A DNA stretch of 64,000 nucleotides, from assembly GCA_034521815.1 (NCBI GenBank), contig JAXHLW010000013.1:1056001-1120000 (forward strand). The letters are read 5' to 3'. This document shows positions 18,036 to 28,229 of this stretch, in pieces (positions within the stretch are counted from its first letter, which is position 1; each line of letters starts with the position of its first letter). The translations under genes and the position numbers were made by a program. Source of the stretch: Trueperaceae bacterium (GTDB taxonomy: Bacteria; Deinococcota; Deinococci; Deinococcales; Trueperaceae). Below the pieces are notes generated by a model. The model made no database searches. It was not told the origin of the DNA and saw only the letters and a list, made by a program, of their open reading frames with translations.

Positions 18036-19532
18036 GTGGACAGCATCGTGACCCGTCCCGAACCGACCGCCAACGTCGCCGCCGACAAGATCCGCGGAAC
18101 GGCGCTGACCTTCGACGACGTCCTGCTCGTCCCAGGCCGCTCCGACGTGCTGCCGCGCGACGTGCGCGTGAACGCGCGCTTTTCGCGCAACGTCCCGCTC
18201 GAGGTCCCGATCGTGTCGGCGGCGATGGACACGGTGACCGAGACCCGGATGGCGATCGCCCTGGCACGCCAGGGCGGGATCGGCGTTCTGCACAAGCGCA
18301 TGAGCATCGAGGCGCAGGCCTCCATGGCGCGAAAGGTCAAACGTAGCGAGTCGGGCATGATCGTCGACCCGATCACCCTGCCCCGGACCGCGCGCGTGCG
18401 CGACGCGGAACGCCTGATGCGCGAGTACCGCATCAGCGGCGTGCCGATCGTGGAGCCCGACGGCACGCTGGTCGGGATCCTCACCAACCGCGACCTGCGC
18501 TTCGAGGACGACATGGAACGCGGCGTCGAGGAGCTGATGACGAAAGAGGGCCTGATCACGGTCCCGGTGGGGACCACGCTGGAGCGCGCGAAGGAGATCC
18601 TGCGCACGCACAAGGTCGAGAAGCTCCTGGTGATCGACGACGAGCGCAAGCTGAGCGGCCTGATCACGATCAAGGACATCACCAAGAAGCTCGAGTATCC
18701 CAACGCCTCCAAGGACGCGCTGGGCCGGCTGCGGGTCGCCGCCGCCGTCGGCGCCGGCGGAGATCTCGAGGAGCGGGCCGCCGCCCTGGTCGAGGCGGGC
18801 GTCGACGCCTTGGTGATCGACAGCGCCCACGGCCACTCTCGGGGCGTGCTCGACGCCGTCGAGCTGGTGAAGACGCGCTTCGACGTCGACGTCGTCGCCG
18901 GCAACGTCGCGACCGCGGGCGCTGCCGAGGACCTGATCGATCGAGGCGCGGACGGCGTCAAGGTCGGTGTCGGACCGGGCTCGATCTGCACCACCCGCGT
19001 CGTCACGGGCGTAGGCATGCCGCAGCTGAGCGCCATCATGGAGGTGGCGCCGGTGACCGCCGCCGCGGGGGTTCCCCTCGTCGCCGACGGCGGCATCAAG
19101 CAGACGGGCGACGTGCCCAAGGCCATCGCGGCCGGCGCCTCGTGCATCATGGCCGGCTCGATGCTGGCCGGCACCAGCGAGGCGCCCGGCGAGGACATCC
19201 TCCGCGATGGCAGGCGCTACAAGGCGTACCGCGGAATGGGCAGTATGAGCGCGATGGAGGGCGGCAGCGCCGATCGATACTTCCAGGAGAATCAGACGAA
19301 ACTCGTGCCGGAGGGGATCGAGGGGATGGTTCCGTTCAAGGGACCGGTCGGCGACGTCGTCCACCAGATGATCGGCGGTCTCAGGAGCGCGATGGGCTAC
19401 TGCGGAACGCCCGACCTCGACTCGCTTCGCCGCGACGGCCGCTTCGTGACGATCACGCAGGCCAGTCTGATCGAGGGCCATCCGCACGACGTCACGGTCA
19501 CGAAGGACGCGCCCAACTACCAGCGGCGCTGA
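18036..19532 (+). CDS. guaB: IMP dehydrogenase
   Basis: [20 protein letters not shown] pair, [21 protein letters not shown]. Confidence 0.97.
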   Translation: MDSIVTRPEPTANVAADKIRGTALTFDDVLLVPGRSDVLPRDVRVNARFSRNVPLEVPIVSAAMDTVTETRMAIALARQGGIGVLHKRMSIEAQASMARKVKRSESGMIVDPITLPRTARVRDAERLMREYRISGVPIVEPDGTLVGILTNRDLRFEDDMERGVEELMTKEGLITVPVGTTLERAKEILRTHKVEKLLVIDDERKLSGLITIKDITKKLEYPNASKDALGRLRVAAAVGAGGDLEERAAALVEAGVDALVIDSAHGHSRGVLDAVELVKTRFDVDVVAGNVATAGAAEDLIDRGADGVKVGVGPGSICTTRVVTGVGMPQLSAIMEVAPVTAAAGVPLVADGGIKQTGDVPKAIAAGASCIMAGSMLAGTSEAPGEDILRDGRRYKAYRGMGSMSAMEGGSADRYFQENQTKLVPEGIEGMVPFKGPVGDVVHQMIGGLRSAMGYCGTPDLDSLRRDGRFVTITQASLIEGHPHDVTVTKDAPNYQRR

Positions 19533-19585
19533 GCCCCTCGCAGGTCCAGGCCATCGCGCAGGCGCCTGCGGTCCGGACGGCGGAG

Positions 19586-21193
19586 CTAAGGATCGATGGA
19601 CAGCGTCTGACGGCCCTCGGGCTCGAGCCCCTTCAGACGGTCCATGACCGGGCCGACGCCGAACTTCGAGAAGAACGAGAACGGTGAGAGCACGCGCTCC
19701 TGGGGCTGTCCGCCCGGGATCAGGTGCGCGCGCAGTCGCGCGAACTGGTCGGTCGTGATCCGGTCGCGCCGGGCCAGGGCGTCCGCGGCCTTGTCGCGCA
19801 GCCGCGACACGGTGAGGTCCAGCGCGGCATGCCCGCGCCGGACCGGACCGTCGAGCGTCGGATCCAACGCATCGATCTCGCCGAGCAGCGCAGCCACGTC
19901 GGTCTCGAGCCGGTCCGTCGTGCGCGCGAAGGCGTCCGCCGCGCCGTGAAGCTCCAGCAGCCGCTCGCGCTGCACGCGCTCCGGGTCGCTCGCGAACGCG
20001 TCGGCCGTCGTCTCGTGGCGGTCCAGGATCCTGGCGACCGGCGGCTCGAGCAGCGTGACCTGCGCGCGTGGCCAGACGGTGGGCATGGGAACCGCGTGGT
20101 GACGGTAGACGCCGCGCAGCTGCGAGAAGTAGCGCAGCTCGCCTGGGCCGACCACGACCGCGGCGGTCGGAAGCGCTCCGTCCTGAACGATCGGACGCAA
20201 GCCGGCGGCCGGCGTGATCGACGCGGGGTCGTCGTCGAGCCGTCCCAGCAGATCGTCGGCGGTCCAGCGCAGGTCGGGGCGCCCATCGGGGTGGAACCGG
20301 CGTCCGTCGAACCGCAACAGCAGACGGGGCCCGTCGTCCGCCTGCACGAACAGGTTCGTCGCGTCCGCGGCGCGCCCCAGCTGGGGACGCAGGCCGCGAC
20401 CCCGCAGCGCTTCGGCCGCCTCCCGAATCGCCTCGGGACCCGCGGTGGGCTCCGCGATCTCGTGCCGGAGCACGGGGCCGAAGCGTCGGGCGATCCGGGG
20501 ACGCATCGGGTCGAGGATCACCAGACCGTCGTCGCCGAAGAGCGACGCCAGGGTTCGGGCGAACACGTCGGCCACGGTGTCGCCCGACTCGCACGCCGAC
20601 CGCGCCAAGGCTCGCGCCTCGGCGGCGAGCGGGCCATCGCCGTACACGGCGCGAAGCCGCTCCGACACGGCGTCGGTCCAGTCGCGTCTCCACGGCGTAC
20701 GGCCGGAAGGCTGCCCCTCCGGGAACGGCAACGACAGCCGGACGAGCTCCTCGTCGTTCCCCAGCAGCCAGGCGTGATCGATCTCGGCCGCGTCGTGATC
20801 CTGCGACGCCACCCAGAACACCGCCACGACCGGTCGCTCGGGCGTGTCGAGACGCTTCGCGAGCCGGATCGCCGTGATCGCTTTCGACAGCGTGAACATG
20901 GGGCCGAGGAGCAGCCCGGCCTGCTGGCCGGTCACGATCGCCCGCGTACGCGGATCGGCGAGCCTCTCGATCGCGGCCAGCTGGGCCGGTCGGTCGCCGC
21001 GCTCGCGCGCCTGGTCCGCCAACGCTGCGGCCAGACCGCCGGGGTCGTCCACCGGCGCCCGGTCCAGCCCTCCCTCGAGATCCAGGGCAGGTCGATCGAA
21101 CAGATCGTCCAGCGCGCCGGCGGCGTAGCGGTCGAGAAACGTTGGGCTGCCGTCGGTCGCGGGATCGATCACGCCGGACGGTACCCCGCGCAT
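19586..21193 (-). CDS. bshC: Bacillithiol biosynthesis protein BshC
   Basis: VTGQQAGLLLGP..TLSKA, FWVASQDHD..EI, LRPIVQD..LPT...VGPGELRY, PQERVL. The start is approximate (GTG 21172 is an alternative). Confidence 0.9.
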   Translation of the reverse strand: MRGVPSGVIDPATDGSPTFLDRYAAGALDDLFDRPALDLEGGLDRAPVDDPGGLAAALADQARERGDRPAQLAAIERLADPRTRAIVTGQQAGLLLGPMFTLSKAITAIRLAKRLDTPERPVVAVFWVASQDHDAAEIDHAWLLGNDEELVRLSLPFPEGQPSGRTPWRRDWTDAVSERLRAVYGDGPLAAEARALARSACESGDTVADVFARTLASLFGDDGLVILDPMRPRIARRFGPVLRHEIAEPTAGPEAIREAAEALRGRGLRPQLGRAADATNLFVQADDGPRLLLRFDGRRFHPDGRPDLRWTADDLLGRLDDDPASITPAAGLRPIVQDGALPTAAVVVGPGELRYFSQLRGVYRHHAVPMPTVWPRAQVTLLEPPVARILDRHETTADAFASDPERVQRERLLELHGAADAFARTTDRLETDVAALLGEIDALDPTLDGPVRRGHAALDLTVSRLRDKAADALARRDRITTDQFARLRAHLIPGGQPQERVLSPFSFFSKFGVGPVMDRLKGLEPEGRQTLSIDP

Positions 21194-21264
21194 CGGCCGC
21201 GCTTGGAGTCGCACCCTACCCGGACCGCCGAGGACCGGCGCCTCTCGTCGCGGGCGCCTGCGCC

Positions 21265-21666
21265 TCAGTCGCCGGGCGCGCCCTCGCCCACCGGCATGTC
21301 CCGCGTGGCGACGACGTCGATCCCGGTGCCCAGCACGTCGGCCATCACCAGGTCGCCCATCGTCACGGGAGCGCGCATGCGCACCTCGTGCAGCGCGTCG
21401 CACAGGGCCTGGACCTTGGGCTTCGGAATCGGCTCGGCCGTCTTGACCGGTAGCCTGGCCCAGCGGCCGCCGTCGACCCGGACCGTCGTCGACACCGAAC
21501 GCCTCGGGTCGGTGAACTCCTGGTGGGCGAACGTCTTTCCTCGCTTGCAGGAGAACCCGCGAACCTCGACCACCTCGTCGTCCTTCGCCTCGACCTCGAG
21601 ACGGCATCCGAGCGGGCATCCGGTGCACAGGTAGTGGTGCGTTCGGGTGGCGGCGTCCTCGCTCAC
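21265..21666 (-). CDS. DUF1667-type small Cys-rich protein
   Basis: [27 protein letters not shown]...LPVKT..PIPK. Confidence 0.85.
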   Translation of the reverse strand: MSEDAATRTHHYLCTGCPLGCRLEVEAKDDEVVEVRGFSCKRGKTFAHQEFTDPRRSVSTTVRVDGGRWARLPVKTAEPIPKPKVQALCDALHEVRMRAPVTMGDLVMADVLGTGIDVVATRDMPVGEGAPGD

Positions 21667-22943
21667 GCTTTCGCTCCTTCCTCACGGGAGACGACGTCGA
21701 TCTTCAGCGTGTCGCCGTGGAACTCCTTCAGGATTCGTGGCCGGACCTTGACCGTCACCATCTCGCCCGGGAACGCGTACCGCAACGGTCGCGCATGCAC
21801 GTCTCCCAGCTTCAGCGTGCACGCTTCGAACGGGCGCGTGACCCGCATGTGCACGACGTGCTCGCGCTCGGTCGAGATCGTGTGGGGCACGCAGTAGCGC
21901 ACGTTGTCACCCGGCACCAGGCGGACGTTGTCCGGCTCGGGAGCCTGTCCGCTCGCGTAGGCGCCCGCCGATCTGCCCGCCAACATCGCTTCCTCGCTGA
22001 CATGGTCCACGATGTCGTGCACGTGAACGACGTTGCCGCAGGCGAAGACGCCGTTCCGCGACGTCTCCATCGAGCCGCTCACCACCGGTCCGCCCGTTGC
22101 CGGGTCGAGTCGGAGGCGAAGCTGGCGGGAGAGCTCGTTCTCGGGAATCAGCCCGATCGACAGCAGCACCGTGTCGCACGCCACGTCGCTCCCCTGGTCC
22201 TCCAGCACCGTGAAGCCCTCTCCGACCGGCGCGACCGTCACCTTGTCGACGCGCTCGTGACCGTGGATCCGAGCGACCGTGGTCGACAGGTGGAGCGGAA
22301 TGTCGAAGTCGTGAAGACACTGCACGATGTTGCGGTTCGAGCCGTTCGCGTGCGCCATCAGCTCGTACACGCCGACCACCTCGGCGCCCTCGAGCACCAG
22401 CCGGCGCGCCATGATCAGACCGATGTCGCCCGATCCCAGGATCGCGACGCGCTTGCCCGGCATGTACCCCGCCTGATTCACGAGCTTCTGCGCGAAGCCG
22501 GCGGTCATCACGCCGGCCGGGCGTTGTCCCGGGATGCGGATCGCTCCACGCGTCCGCTCGCGTGCGCCCATCGCCAGCACCACCGCCGAGCCGGCGACGG
22601 TCCGCATGCCGTAGCGCTCGGACATCAACCGGACGCCCAGGTCGCCCTCGGCGTCCAGGACGTAGGCGTCGGTCAGGATGTCGATCTCGTGCTCGATGAC
22701 CTGCTCGAAGAACCGTTGCGCGTACTCCGGACCGGTCAGCTCTTCGCCGAACCAGTGAAGGCCGAAGCCGGAGTGGATGCACTGGTGCAGGATGCCGCCC
22801 GCCTCGCCCTCGCGGTCCACGATCAGCACGCGCTCCGCGCCCGCCTCTCGGGCGCCCAGGGCGGCCGCCATGCCGGCCGGTCCGCCCCCGACGATGATCA
22901 CGTCGTAGCTCGTCGCGAGCTGCTCGAATCGGTCAGTGACCAC
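21663..22943 (-). CDS. FAD/NAD(P)-dependent oxidoreductase (pyridine nucleotide-disulfide family)
   Basis: [52 protein letters not shown]. Confidence 0.88.
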   Translation of the reverse strand: MVTDRFEQLATSYDVIIVGGGPAGMAAALGAREAGAERVLIVDREGEAGGILHQCIHSGFGLHWFGEELTGPEYAQRFFEQVIEHEIDILTDAYVLDAEGDLGVRLMSERYGMRTVAGSAVVLAMGARERTRGAIRIPGQRPAGVMTAGFAQKLVNQAGYMPGKRVAILGSGDIGLIMARRLVLEGAEVVGVYELMAHANGSNRNIVQCLHDFDIPLHLSTTVARIHGHERVDKVTVAPVGEGFTVLEDQGSDVACDTVLLSIGLIPENELSRQLRLRLDPATGGPVVSGSMETSRNGVFACGNVVHVHDIVDHVSEEAMLAGRSAGAYASGQAPEPDNVRLVPGDNVRYCVPHTISTEREHVVHMRVTRPFEACTLKLGDVHARPLRYAFPGEMVTVKVRPRILKEFHGDTLKIDVVSREEGAKA

Positions 22944-24369
22944 CGTCGGCCTCCAGCCTGGGCAGCGCGACCCACGATCCGCCGCCCCGCTTCGTCACGG
23001 CCGGGACAGGGATGTCGGCCTCGCTGGAGAGGAGCTCCATGCAACGCCAGGTGCAGAAACCGCCCTGGCAGCGGCCCATCCCGGCCCGCGTCCGGAACTT
23101 CAGACCGTCCAGCGTGCGCGCACCGCGCTCGATCGCGTCCACCACCTCGCCTTCGGTGACGATCTCGCAGCGGCACACGATGCGGCCGTAGCTCGGGTCG
23201 CTCGCGACCAGCTCGGCCTGCCGTTCGGGCGAGGCCATGGCGAAGCGCACGGGCGGCTTCACCCGAGGATCGAAGTCGGGGTCGGCCTGGAGCTCCAAAC
23301 CCTCGTCCCGCAGGATCCCGACGACCATCTCCGCGAGCGCCGGCGCAGCCGTCAGACCGGGCGACTGAATCCCGGCGGCCTGCACGAACCCGGGCACGTC
23401 GGTCGGACCGACCACGAAGTCCTCGCCCTCCGCGACGGCCCGCAGCCCGGCGAACTCGGCGATGCAGTCGCGCTCGCTGATCCCGGGCGCGAGCCGCCGG
23501 ACCTTCTCGAACACCTCCGACGCCCCCTCGGCCGTGGTGGTCAGGTCGTCCTTCGTCGCCCAGTGAGCGGTCGGGCCCACCATGAGCGTTCCGTCGTACG
23601 TCGGGATGATCAGCACCCCCTTCGACGTCGGGGTGGGGCTGGGGAAGATCAGGCGCTTCACGTAGCCCTGGAGGCGCTTGTCCAGAAGGTACTCCTCGCC
23701 TTTGCGGGCCCGGATCGTGGGGCCGGCCAGGCCCACCATCGCCGCGATCTCGTCGGCGAACAGGCCCGCCGCATTCACGACGAAGCGCGCCTCGACCGCA
23801 CCGTTCCGACCGTGGACCCGGAAGCCGCCGTCGATCCGCTCGATCGAGGTCACCGGGTCGTCGAACGAGGTGGTCACGCCGTTCGCGTGCGCGTTCTCGG
23901 CCAGGGTGAAGCACGCCTCGTACGGGTTCACGACGCCGGCCGTCGGCGCGAACAGCGCCTCGACGATCTCGTGCGACAGGGCCGGCTCCTCGCGGCGAAC
24001 GCGCTCCGCGTCCCAGCGCTCCAGTCCGGTCACCCCTTTCTCCCTACCCTGCGTCTCGAGCTCGGCGAGCGTCCGCAGGTCGTCGTCGTCGAACGCGACG
24101 GTCAGCTCGCCGATTCGGTCGAAGCCGAATCCGAGCTCGTCGGCCAGGCGGTCCCACGCCTGGTTGCCCTGCCATTCGAGACGTCCTTTGAGCGTCGCGG
24201 GGTCGCCGTGATGACCGGCGTGGATGATGCCGCTGTTCGCCTTGCTGGTGCCGAAGCCCGCCTCGCACTCCTTGTCCATCAGGAGCACCTTCGAGCGGTA
24301 GCGCGACAGCTCGCGCGCCACCGCGCAGCCGACGACTCCTGCACCGACGATGATCACGTCGTAGCGCAT
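22933..24369 (-). CDS. FAD-dependent oxidoreductase with C-terminal BFD-like [2Fe-2S] domain (glycerol-3-phosphate dehydrogenase-like)
   Basis: [31 protein letters not shown]...[14 protein letters not shown]; purine-rich RBS. Confidence 0.85.
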   Translation of the reverse strand: MRYDVIIVGAGVVGCAVARELSRYRSKVLLMDKECEAGFGTSKANSGIIHAGHHGDPATLKGRLEWQGNQAWDRLADELGFGFDRIGELTVAFDDDDLRTLAELETQGREKGVTGLERWDAERVRREEPALSHEIVEALFAPTAGVVNPYEACFTLAENAHANGVTTSFDDPVTSIERIDGGFRVHGRNGAVEARFVVNAAGLFADEIAAMVGLAGPTIRARKGEEYLLDKRLQGYVKRLIFPSPTPTSKGVLIIPTYDGTLMVGPTAHWATKDDLTTTAEGASEVFEKVRRLAPGISERDCIAEFAGLRAVAEGEDFVVGPTDVPGFVQAAGIQSPGLTAAPALAEMVVGILRDEGLELQADPDFDPRVKPPVRFAMASPERQAELVASDPSYGRIVCRCEIVTEGEVVDAIERGARTLDGLKFRTRAGMGRCQGGFCTWRCMELLSSEADIPVPAVTKRGGGSWVALPRLEADGGH

Positions 24370-24509
24370 GCTTCCCCTTCCTGATGAGGACTCTCGTCCG
24401 ACCATGCCCAAAGCGTCGCGCGCTGGCGCCCGCTTGACCAGGGACGAACGTCGCGACGAGGCCACGCCTGCCGTGTTCGGCCTCGGGAGCCCGTGCTATC
24501 CTCCCCGCC

Positions 24510-25304
24510 GTGTCCGAAGCGACCCCCGCCCAGGCAGGCACGGGCGCGCCCTCCCTCCTGAACGTCGATCTCGTCCCGGTCCCCGCGGACCGTCGCGACG
24601 AGGCCGCGTACCGCGACGTGGTCATCGTGGTCGACGTGCTCAGGACGACCACCACCCTGCCGATCCTGTTCGACCGAGGGCTCGAGGGGGTCCGGCTCTC
24701 GCCCAGCCTGCGCGTCGCCCGCCTGTGCGCGAACGACGACGGCGAGCTGCTCATCGGCGAGCGGCGCGGCCTTCCGCCCGAAGGCTTCAATCACGGGAAC
24801 TCGCCCGCCACGCTGCAGCATCACGACTTCACCGGGCGGCGTGCGGTGATGGTGTCCGAGAACGCGCCCGCGGTGCTGCCGCACGTGGCGTCGGCACGCC
24901 GCGTCGTGCTGGCCTCGCTGGTGAACGCGGGCGCAGCGGTCCAGGACGCGGCCCGCCACGCGCACGAGCGGATCGACCTGGTCTGTTGCGGGTTTCGGGG
25001 TCAGGCCGATCTGGACGATCTGCTGACGGCAGGATTCCTGGTGGACCGGCTGCGCCGTCTGCGGCCCGACCTGGAGCTGGCCGGCGCGGCCCGGATGGCG
25101 CAAGACCTGGTTCACGCCGAGGCGGAGCCCCTGCGGCTGCTGTGGAGCTCGAGAACCGGGCGCTACCTGCGGCGACTCGGGCTCGAGCGCGACCTCGGCG
25201 TGGCCGCCGACATCGATCGATCGTCCGTCGTTCCGCTCCTGTCAGAGCCTCAACAGCGGCACGGCGGCACGCTCTTCCCGTTCCGACCGGCCGATGACGA
25301 TTGA
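24510..25304 (+). CDS. comB: 2-phosphosulfolactate phosphatase family protein
   Basis: VVDVLRTTTT, GERRG..PEGFNHGNSP; preceded by TGcTATCCT-N7-GTG (leaderless). Confidence 0.85.
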   Translation: MSEATPAQAGTGAPSLLNVDLVPVPADRRDEAAYRDVVIVVDVLRTTTTLPILFDRGLEGVRLSPSLRVARLCANDDGELLIGERRGLPPEGFNHGNSPATLQHHDFTGRRAVMVSENAPAVLPHVASARRVVLASLVNAGAAVQDAARHAHERIDLVCCGFRGQADLDDLLTAGFLVDRLRRLRPDLELAGAARMAQDLVHAEAEPLRLLWSSRTGRYLRRLGLERDLGVAADIDRSSVVPLLSEPQQRHGGTLFPFRPADDD

Positions 25305-26040
25305 GTCCGACGTCGAGGGCCGACCGCCCCGCGTCTCCGTTCTGGGCCATCCGCTCGATCCCGTCGACCTGACGACCGCCGCTCGGCTCGTCCTGGAGCA
25401 GGCCTCGTCCGAACGGCCGGGCACGGTCGTCACGCTGAACCCCGAGATCGTGGTGCGCGCCCGCGCCGACGAAGCGCTACGCGACGCCATCGCGTCGGCC
25501 GACCTTTGCGTCGCCGACGGCGTCGGCATCGTCTGGGCCGCTGAACGCGCAGGAATCCGCATGCCGGGGCGCGTGCCGGGCGTCGAGCTGACCGAGCGCG
25601 TGCTCGAGCTCGGAGGACCTGGCCTGCCCGTCTACTTCCTGGGGGGCAGGCCGGGCGTAGCCGCTCGGGCCGCCCAGGCCGCGCACGACCGGTTCGGCGT
25701 CCGGATCGCCGGTGCCCGTGACGGCTACTTCTCGGCGGGTGACGATGGCGAGGTCGCGGACGCCATCCGAGACAGCGGCGCGCGTCTGCTGCTGGCGGGA
25801 CTGGGCGAGCGTCAGGAGACGTTCGTCGCGCAGCAGCGCTCGCGTTTCGGACCGCTGGTCGCGATCGGCGTCGGGGGCACCCTGGACGTGCTGGCGGGCG
25901 AGGCGCGGAGGACCCCTGCTTGGACGCGCCGGCTGGGGATCGAGTGGGCGTGGCGGGTCGGGACCGATCCCGCCCGCTGGCACCGTGCGCCGCGGTTGGC
26001 GCGCTTCGTGCTGCTGACGCTGCGGGACGCCCGGCGTTAG
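25294..26040 (+). CDS. WecB/TagA/CpsF-family glycosyltransferase
   Basis: VTLNPE, ADGVGIVWA, RVPGVEL, DGYF, GVGGTLDV, LGIEWAWR. Confidence 0.9.
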   Translation: MTIESDVEGRPPRVSVLGHPLDPVDLTTAARLVLEQASSERPGTVVTLNPEIVVRARADEALRDAIASADLCVADGVGIVWAAERAGIRMPGRVPGVELTERVLELGGPGLPVYFLGGRPGVAARAAQAAHDRFGVRIAGARDGYFSAGDDGEVADAIRDSGARLLLAGLGERQETFVAQQRSRFGPLVAIGVGGTLDVLAGEARRTPAWTRRLGIEWAWRVGTDPARWHRAPRLARFVLLTLRDARR

Positions 26041-26049
26041 GCCGACACC

Positions 26050-27243
26050 TCAGGCCAAGCCGGAGCGGAACGCGTCCACGAACTGCTGAGCGGTGCGTCC
26101 CGAGTAGCCGTTGCCGGACCTCGCGAACAGGTCGGCTCGCCGCTCCAGGTCGTCGCCATCGACGCCGTCGCGCACGGAGAGGTGCCGCACGATCGCCAGG
26201 TAGCGGCGACGGTCCGCGGACGGGAACGTCACCAGCAAGCCGAAACGGTCGGCCAGCGCCAGCCGTTCGTGCTGCGTGTCCCAGGCGTGCACGTCGTCGT
26301 CCAGGGGATCGGGCCGGTCGCGGAGCCGTTCCTGGACCAAGTGGCGGCGGTTGCTGGTCGCGTACAGCCGAACGTTGTCGGGCCGCTCGGCCACGCTCCC
26401 CTCCAGCAACGACTTGAGCGGATGGTAGCCGGCGTCTCCCGCCTCGAACGACAGGTCGTCCACGAACAGCAGGAAGCGCTCCGGTCGATCGCGGAGGCGC
26501 GACACCACGGTAGGCAGGTCGCTCAGCGCCTCGGGGGGGACCTCGACGAGTCGCAGGCCTTCGCTGGCGTAGCGCGTCAACAGACCGCGCACCACGGTCG
26601 ATTTGCCGCTCCCGCGGGGTCCGTACAACAGGGCGTGCATCGCGGGGTCTCCGCGCAGGAACGCCTCGGTGTTGGCCGTCAGGGCGTCGACCGGCTCGGC
26701 CAGGCCGTGCAGCCTCGCCAGGTCGGGAGCCGCGGGCCGCTCGACCCCGACCAGCGCGACACCGCTCCAGCGTAGCGCTCGGAACCGTCCCAGCGGGCCC
26801 CCGCCGTGGTCGCGACGCCAAGCGAGAACGCGCGCGGTGGTCTGGTCCGCGTCGGCGTCGTCGCGCAAGCGGCGCGCCAGCTCGGCGACGATGCCCGTCG
26901 AGGGTGCGGCCAACGCCTCGAGCGCTGGCGCGTGGTCCGGTCGCGAGCGTTCGGCCCGCCGCCAGCGCTCCAGATCGCTCGCGAGACGAGCGACGTCGAT
27001 CGTCAACGCCGAACGAAGTCCGGGCGCGTCGTGCGCCTTGCTCCACGCCGGGCAGCTGCCGAACGCCAATGCGTCCGCCGCAGCGCTGTACGGATCGGCC
27101 AGATCGAGCTCGACCAGCGAGCGCAGCACCGTTCGGCGAGCCTCGCCGTCGTCCGAGCCGGCCTCCCCGAGTCGTCGCAGGGCCGGCCACCACGGAAGAT
27201 CGTCCGCGAGCAGGTACAGCGGCGCGCCGAGAGCGGCGCTCAT
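26050..27243 (-). CDS. DUF815-family P-loop ATPase
   Basis: NTEAF, LLYGPRGSGKS, FVDDLSFE, LKSLLEGS, YATSNRRHL, LADRFGL, SGRTAQQF. Confidence 0.9.
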   Translation of the reverse strand: MSAALGAPLYLLADDLPWWPALRRLGEAGSDDGEARRTVLRSLVELDLADPYSAAADALAFGSCPAWSKAHDAPGLRSALTIDVARLASDLERWRRAERSRPDHAPALEALAAPSTGIVAELARRLRDDADADQTTARVLAWRRDHGGGPLGRFRALRWSGVALVGVERPAAPDLARLHGLAEPVDALTANTEAFLRGDPAMHALLYGPRGSGKSTVVRGLLTRYASEGLRLVEVPPEALSDLPTVVSRLRDRPERFLLFVDDLSFEAGDAGYHPLKSLLEGSVAERPDNVRLYATSNRRHLVQERLRDRPDPLDDDVHAWDTQHERLALADRFGLLVTFPSADRRRYLAIVRHLSVRDGVDGDDLERRADLFARSGNGYSGRTAQQFVDAFRSGLA

Positions 27244-28175
27244 GCGTCATCCTCGAGACCGATCGGCAGGCGAGGGGTCTCGGCGCCGTGCGGGTCGTCG
27301 TGCACCCTGTCCCTCCCCGGTGTCGCCCTCCGCTCGAGCCAGAGCCGGACCGCCCGCTCGCCCGCATCGATCGCGACGGGCGTGCGGTGGAAGTCCCACC
27401 AGGCGATCGGAGGCGCGACGCTCACCATCTGCGCGCCCCTCGGTGCCCGGGCGTCGTGCCGGTAGCTTCTGAGCGAGAGCGACAGTCCGATCACCAGACG
27501 GCTCCACGGGTTTCCGCCCTGCAGCCGTCCCGCGCTCCGATGCAGCCAACCGCCGACCCCGCTTCGGTCCAGCCAGCGCAAACGCGCCAGCGCCGTCGAG
27601 CCGGCCAAGTCCAGCCCGGCGTGGATGCCCAGCATGCGCGTCGGCCCGAGCTGGGCCAGAGCCGCGAACGGCACGGGCTCGACGAAGCCGCCGTCGACGA
27701 GGTCTCGTCCATCGATCCGTACCGACGCGAACACGCCGGGAAGGGCGGACGACGCCCGCACGGCCAGGGCCACCGATCCCTTGCGCAGAACGACGGGAGC
27801 GCCGGTCCTCAGATCCGTCGCGGCGATCGCGAGCGGGCGCTCGGCGTCCTCGATCCTCGCTCCGTAGAACACCTTCCGGTCCAGCCAGGTCGCGAGGCGC
27901 TCGCCGTGCACCAGCGCAGCGCGGTGCAGCCCGAAATCGAGGCTCTGCGCCCACAGCTCCATCACGTTCTGGCCACGAACGACTCTCTCGATCTCGAGCG
28001 CGGGCGCGCCCAGCGCAGCCATCGCCGCGATGATCGCCCCGAAGCTGGTGCCCGAGAACGCGACCGGCGCTTCGCCGGCATCCTCGAGCGCCTTCAGCGC
28101 CCCGACGTGAGCCGCTCCGCGGGCGGTTCCGCCGCCGAGCGCCAACCCGATGCCGTGCCCGACCTCTCCGTTCAC
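27240..28175 (-). CDS. Patatin-like phospholipase
   Basis: LGGGTARG.AHVG, GTSFG (nucleophile), ASSALPG, VDGG; TAGCAT-N6-GTG leaderless start. Confidence 0.9.
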   Translation of the reverse strand: MNGEVGHGIGLALGGGTARGAAHVGALKALEDAGEAPVAFSGTSFGAIIAAMAALGAPALEIERVVRGQNVMELWAQSLDFGLHRAALVHGERLATWLDRKVFYGARIEDAERPLAIAATDLRTGAPVVLRKGSVALAVRASSALPGVFASVRIDGRDLVDGGFVEPVPFAALAQLGPTRMLGIHAGLDLAGSTALARLRWLDRSGVGGWLHRSAGRLQGGNPWSRLVIGLSLSLRSYRHDARAPRGAQMVSVAPPIAWWDFHRTPVAIDAGERAVRLWLERRATPGRDRVHDDPHGAETPRLPIGLEDDA

Positions 28176-28229
28176 GCGGTCATGCTACGACGCCCGGAGC
28201 GCCTCTGGGGCGGTGGTACCATGCCGGCG

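Noticed and set aside
24510-25304. Coenzyme M biosynthesis
   Set aside because: ComB-family phosphatases are common in non-methanogens; no comA or comC in the window.
26904-28229. N-terminal extension of dnaX in the ORF track
   Set aside because: Overlaps the patatin and DUF815 genes on the other strand; the true start is ATG 28230 after TACCAT.
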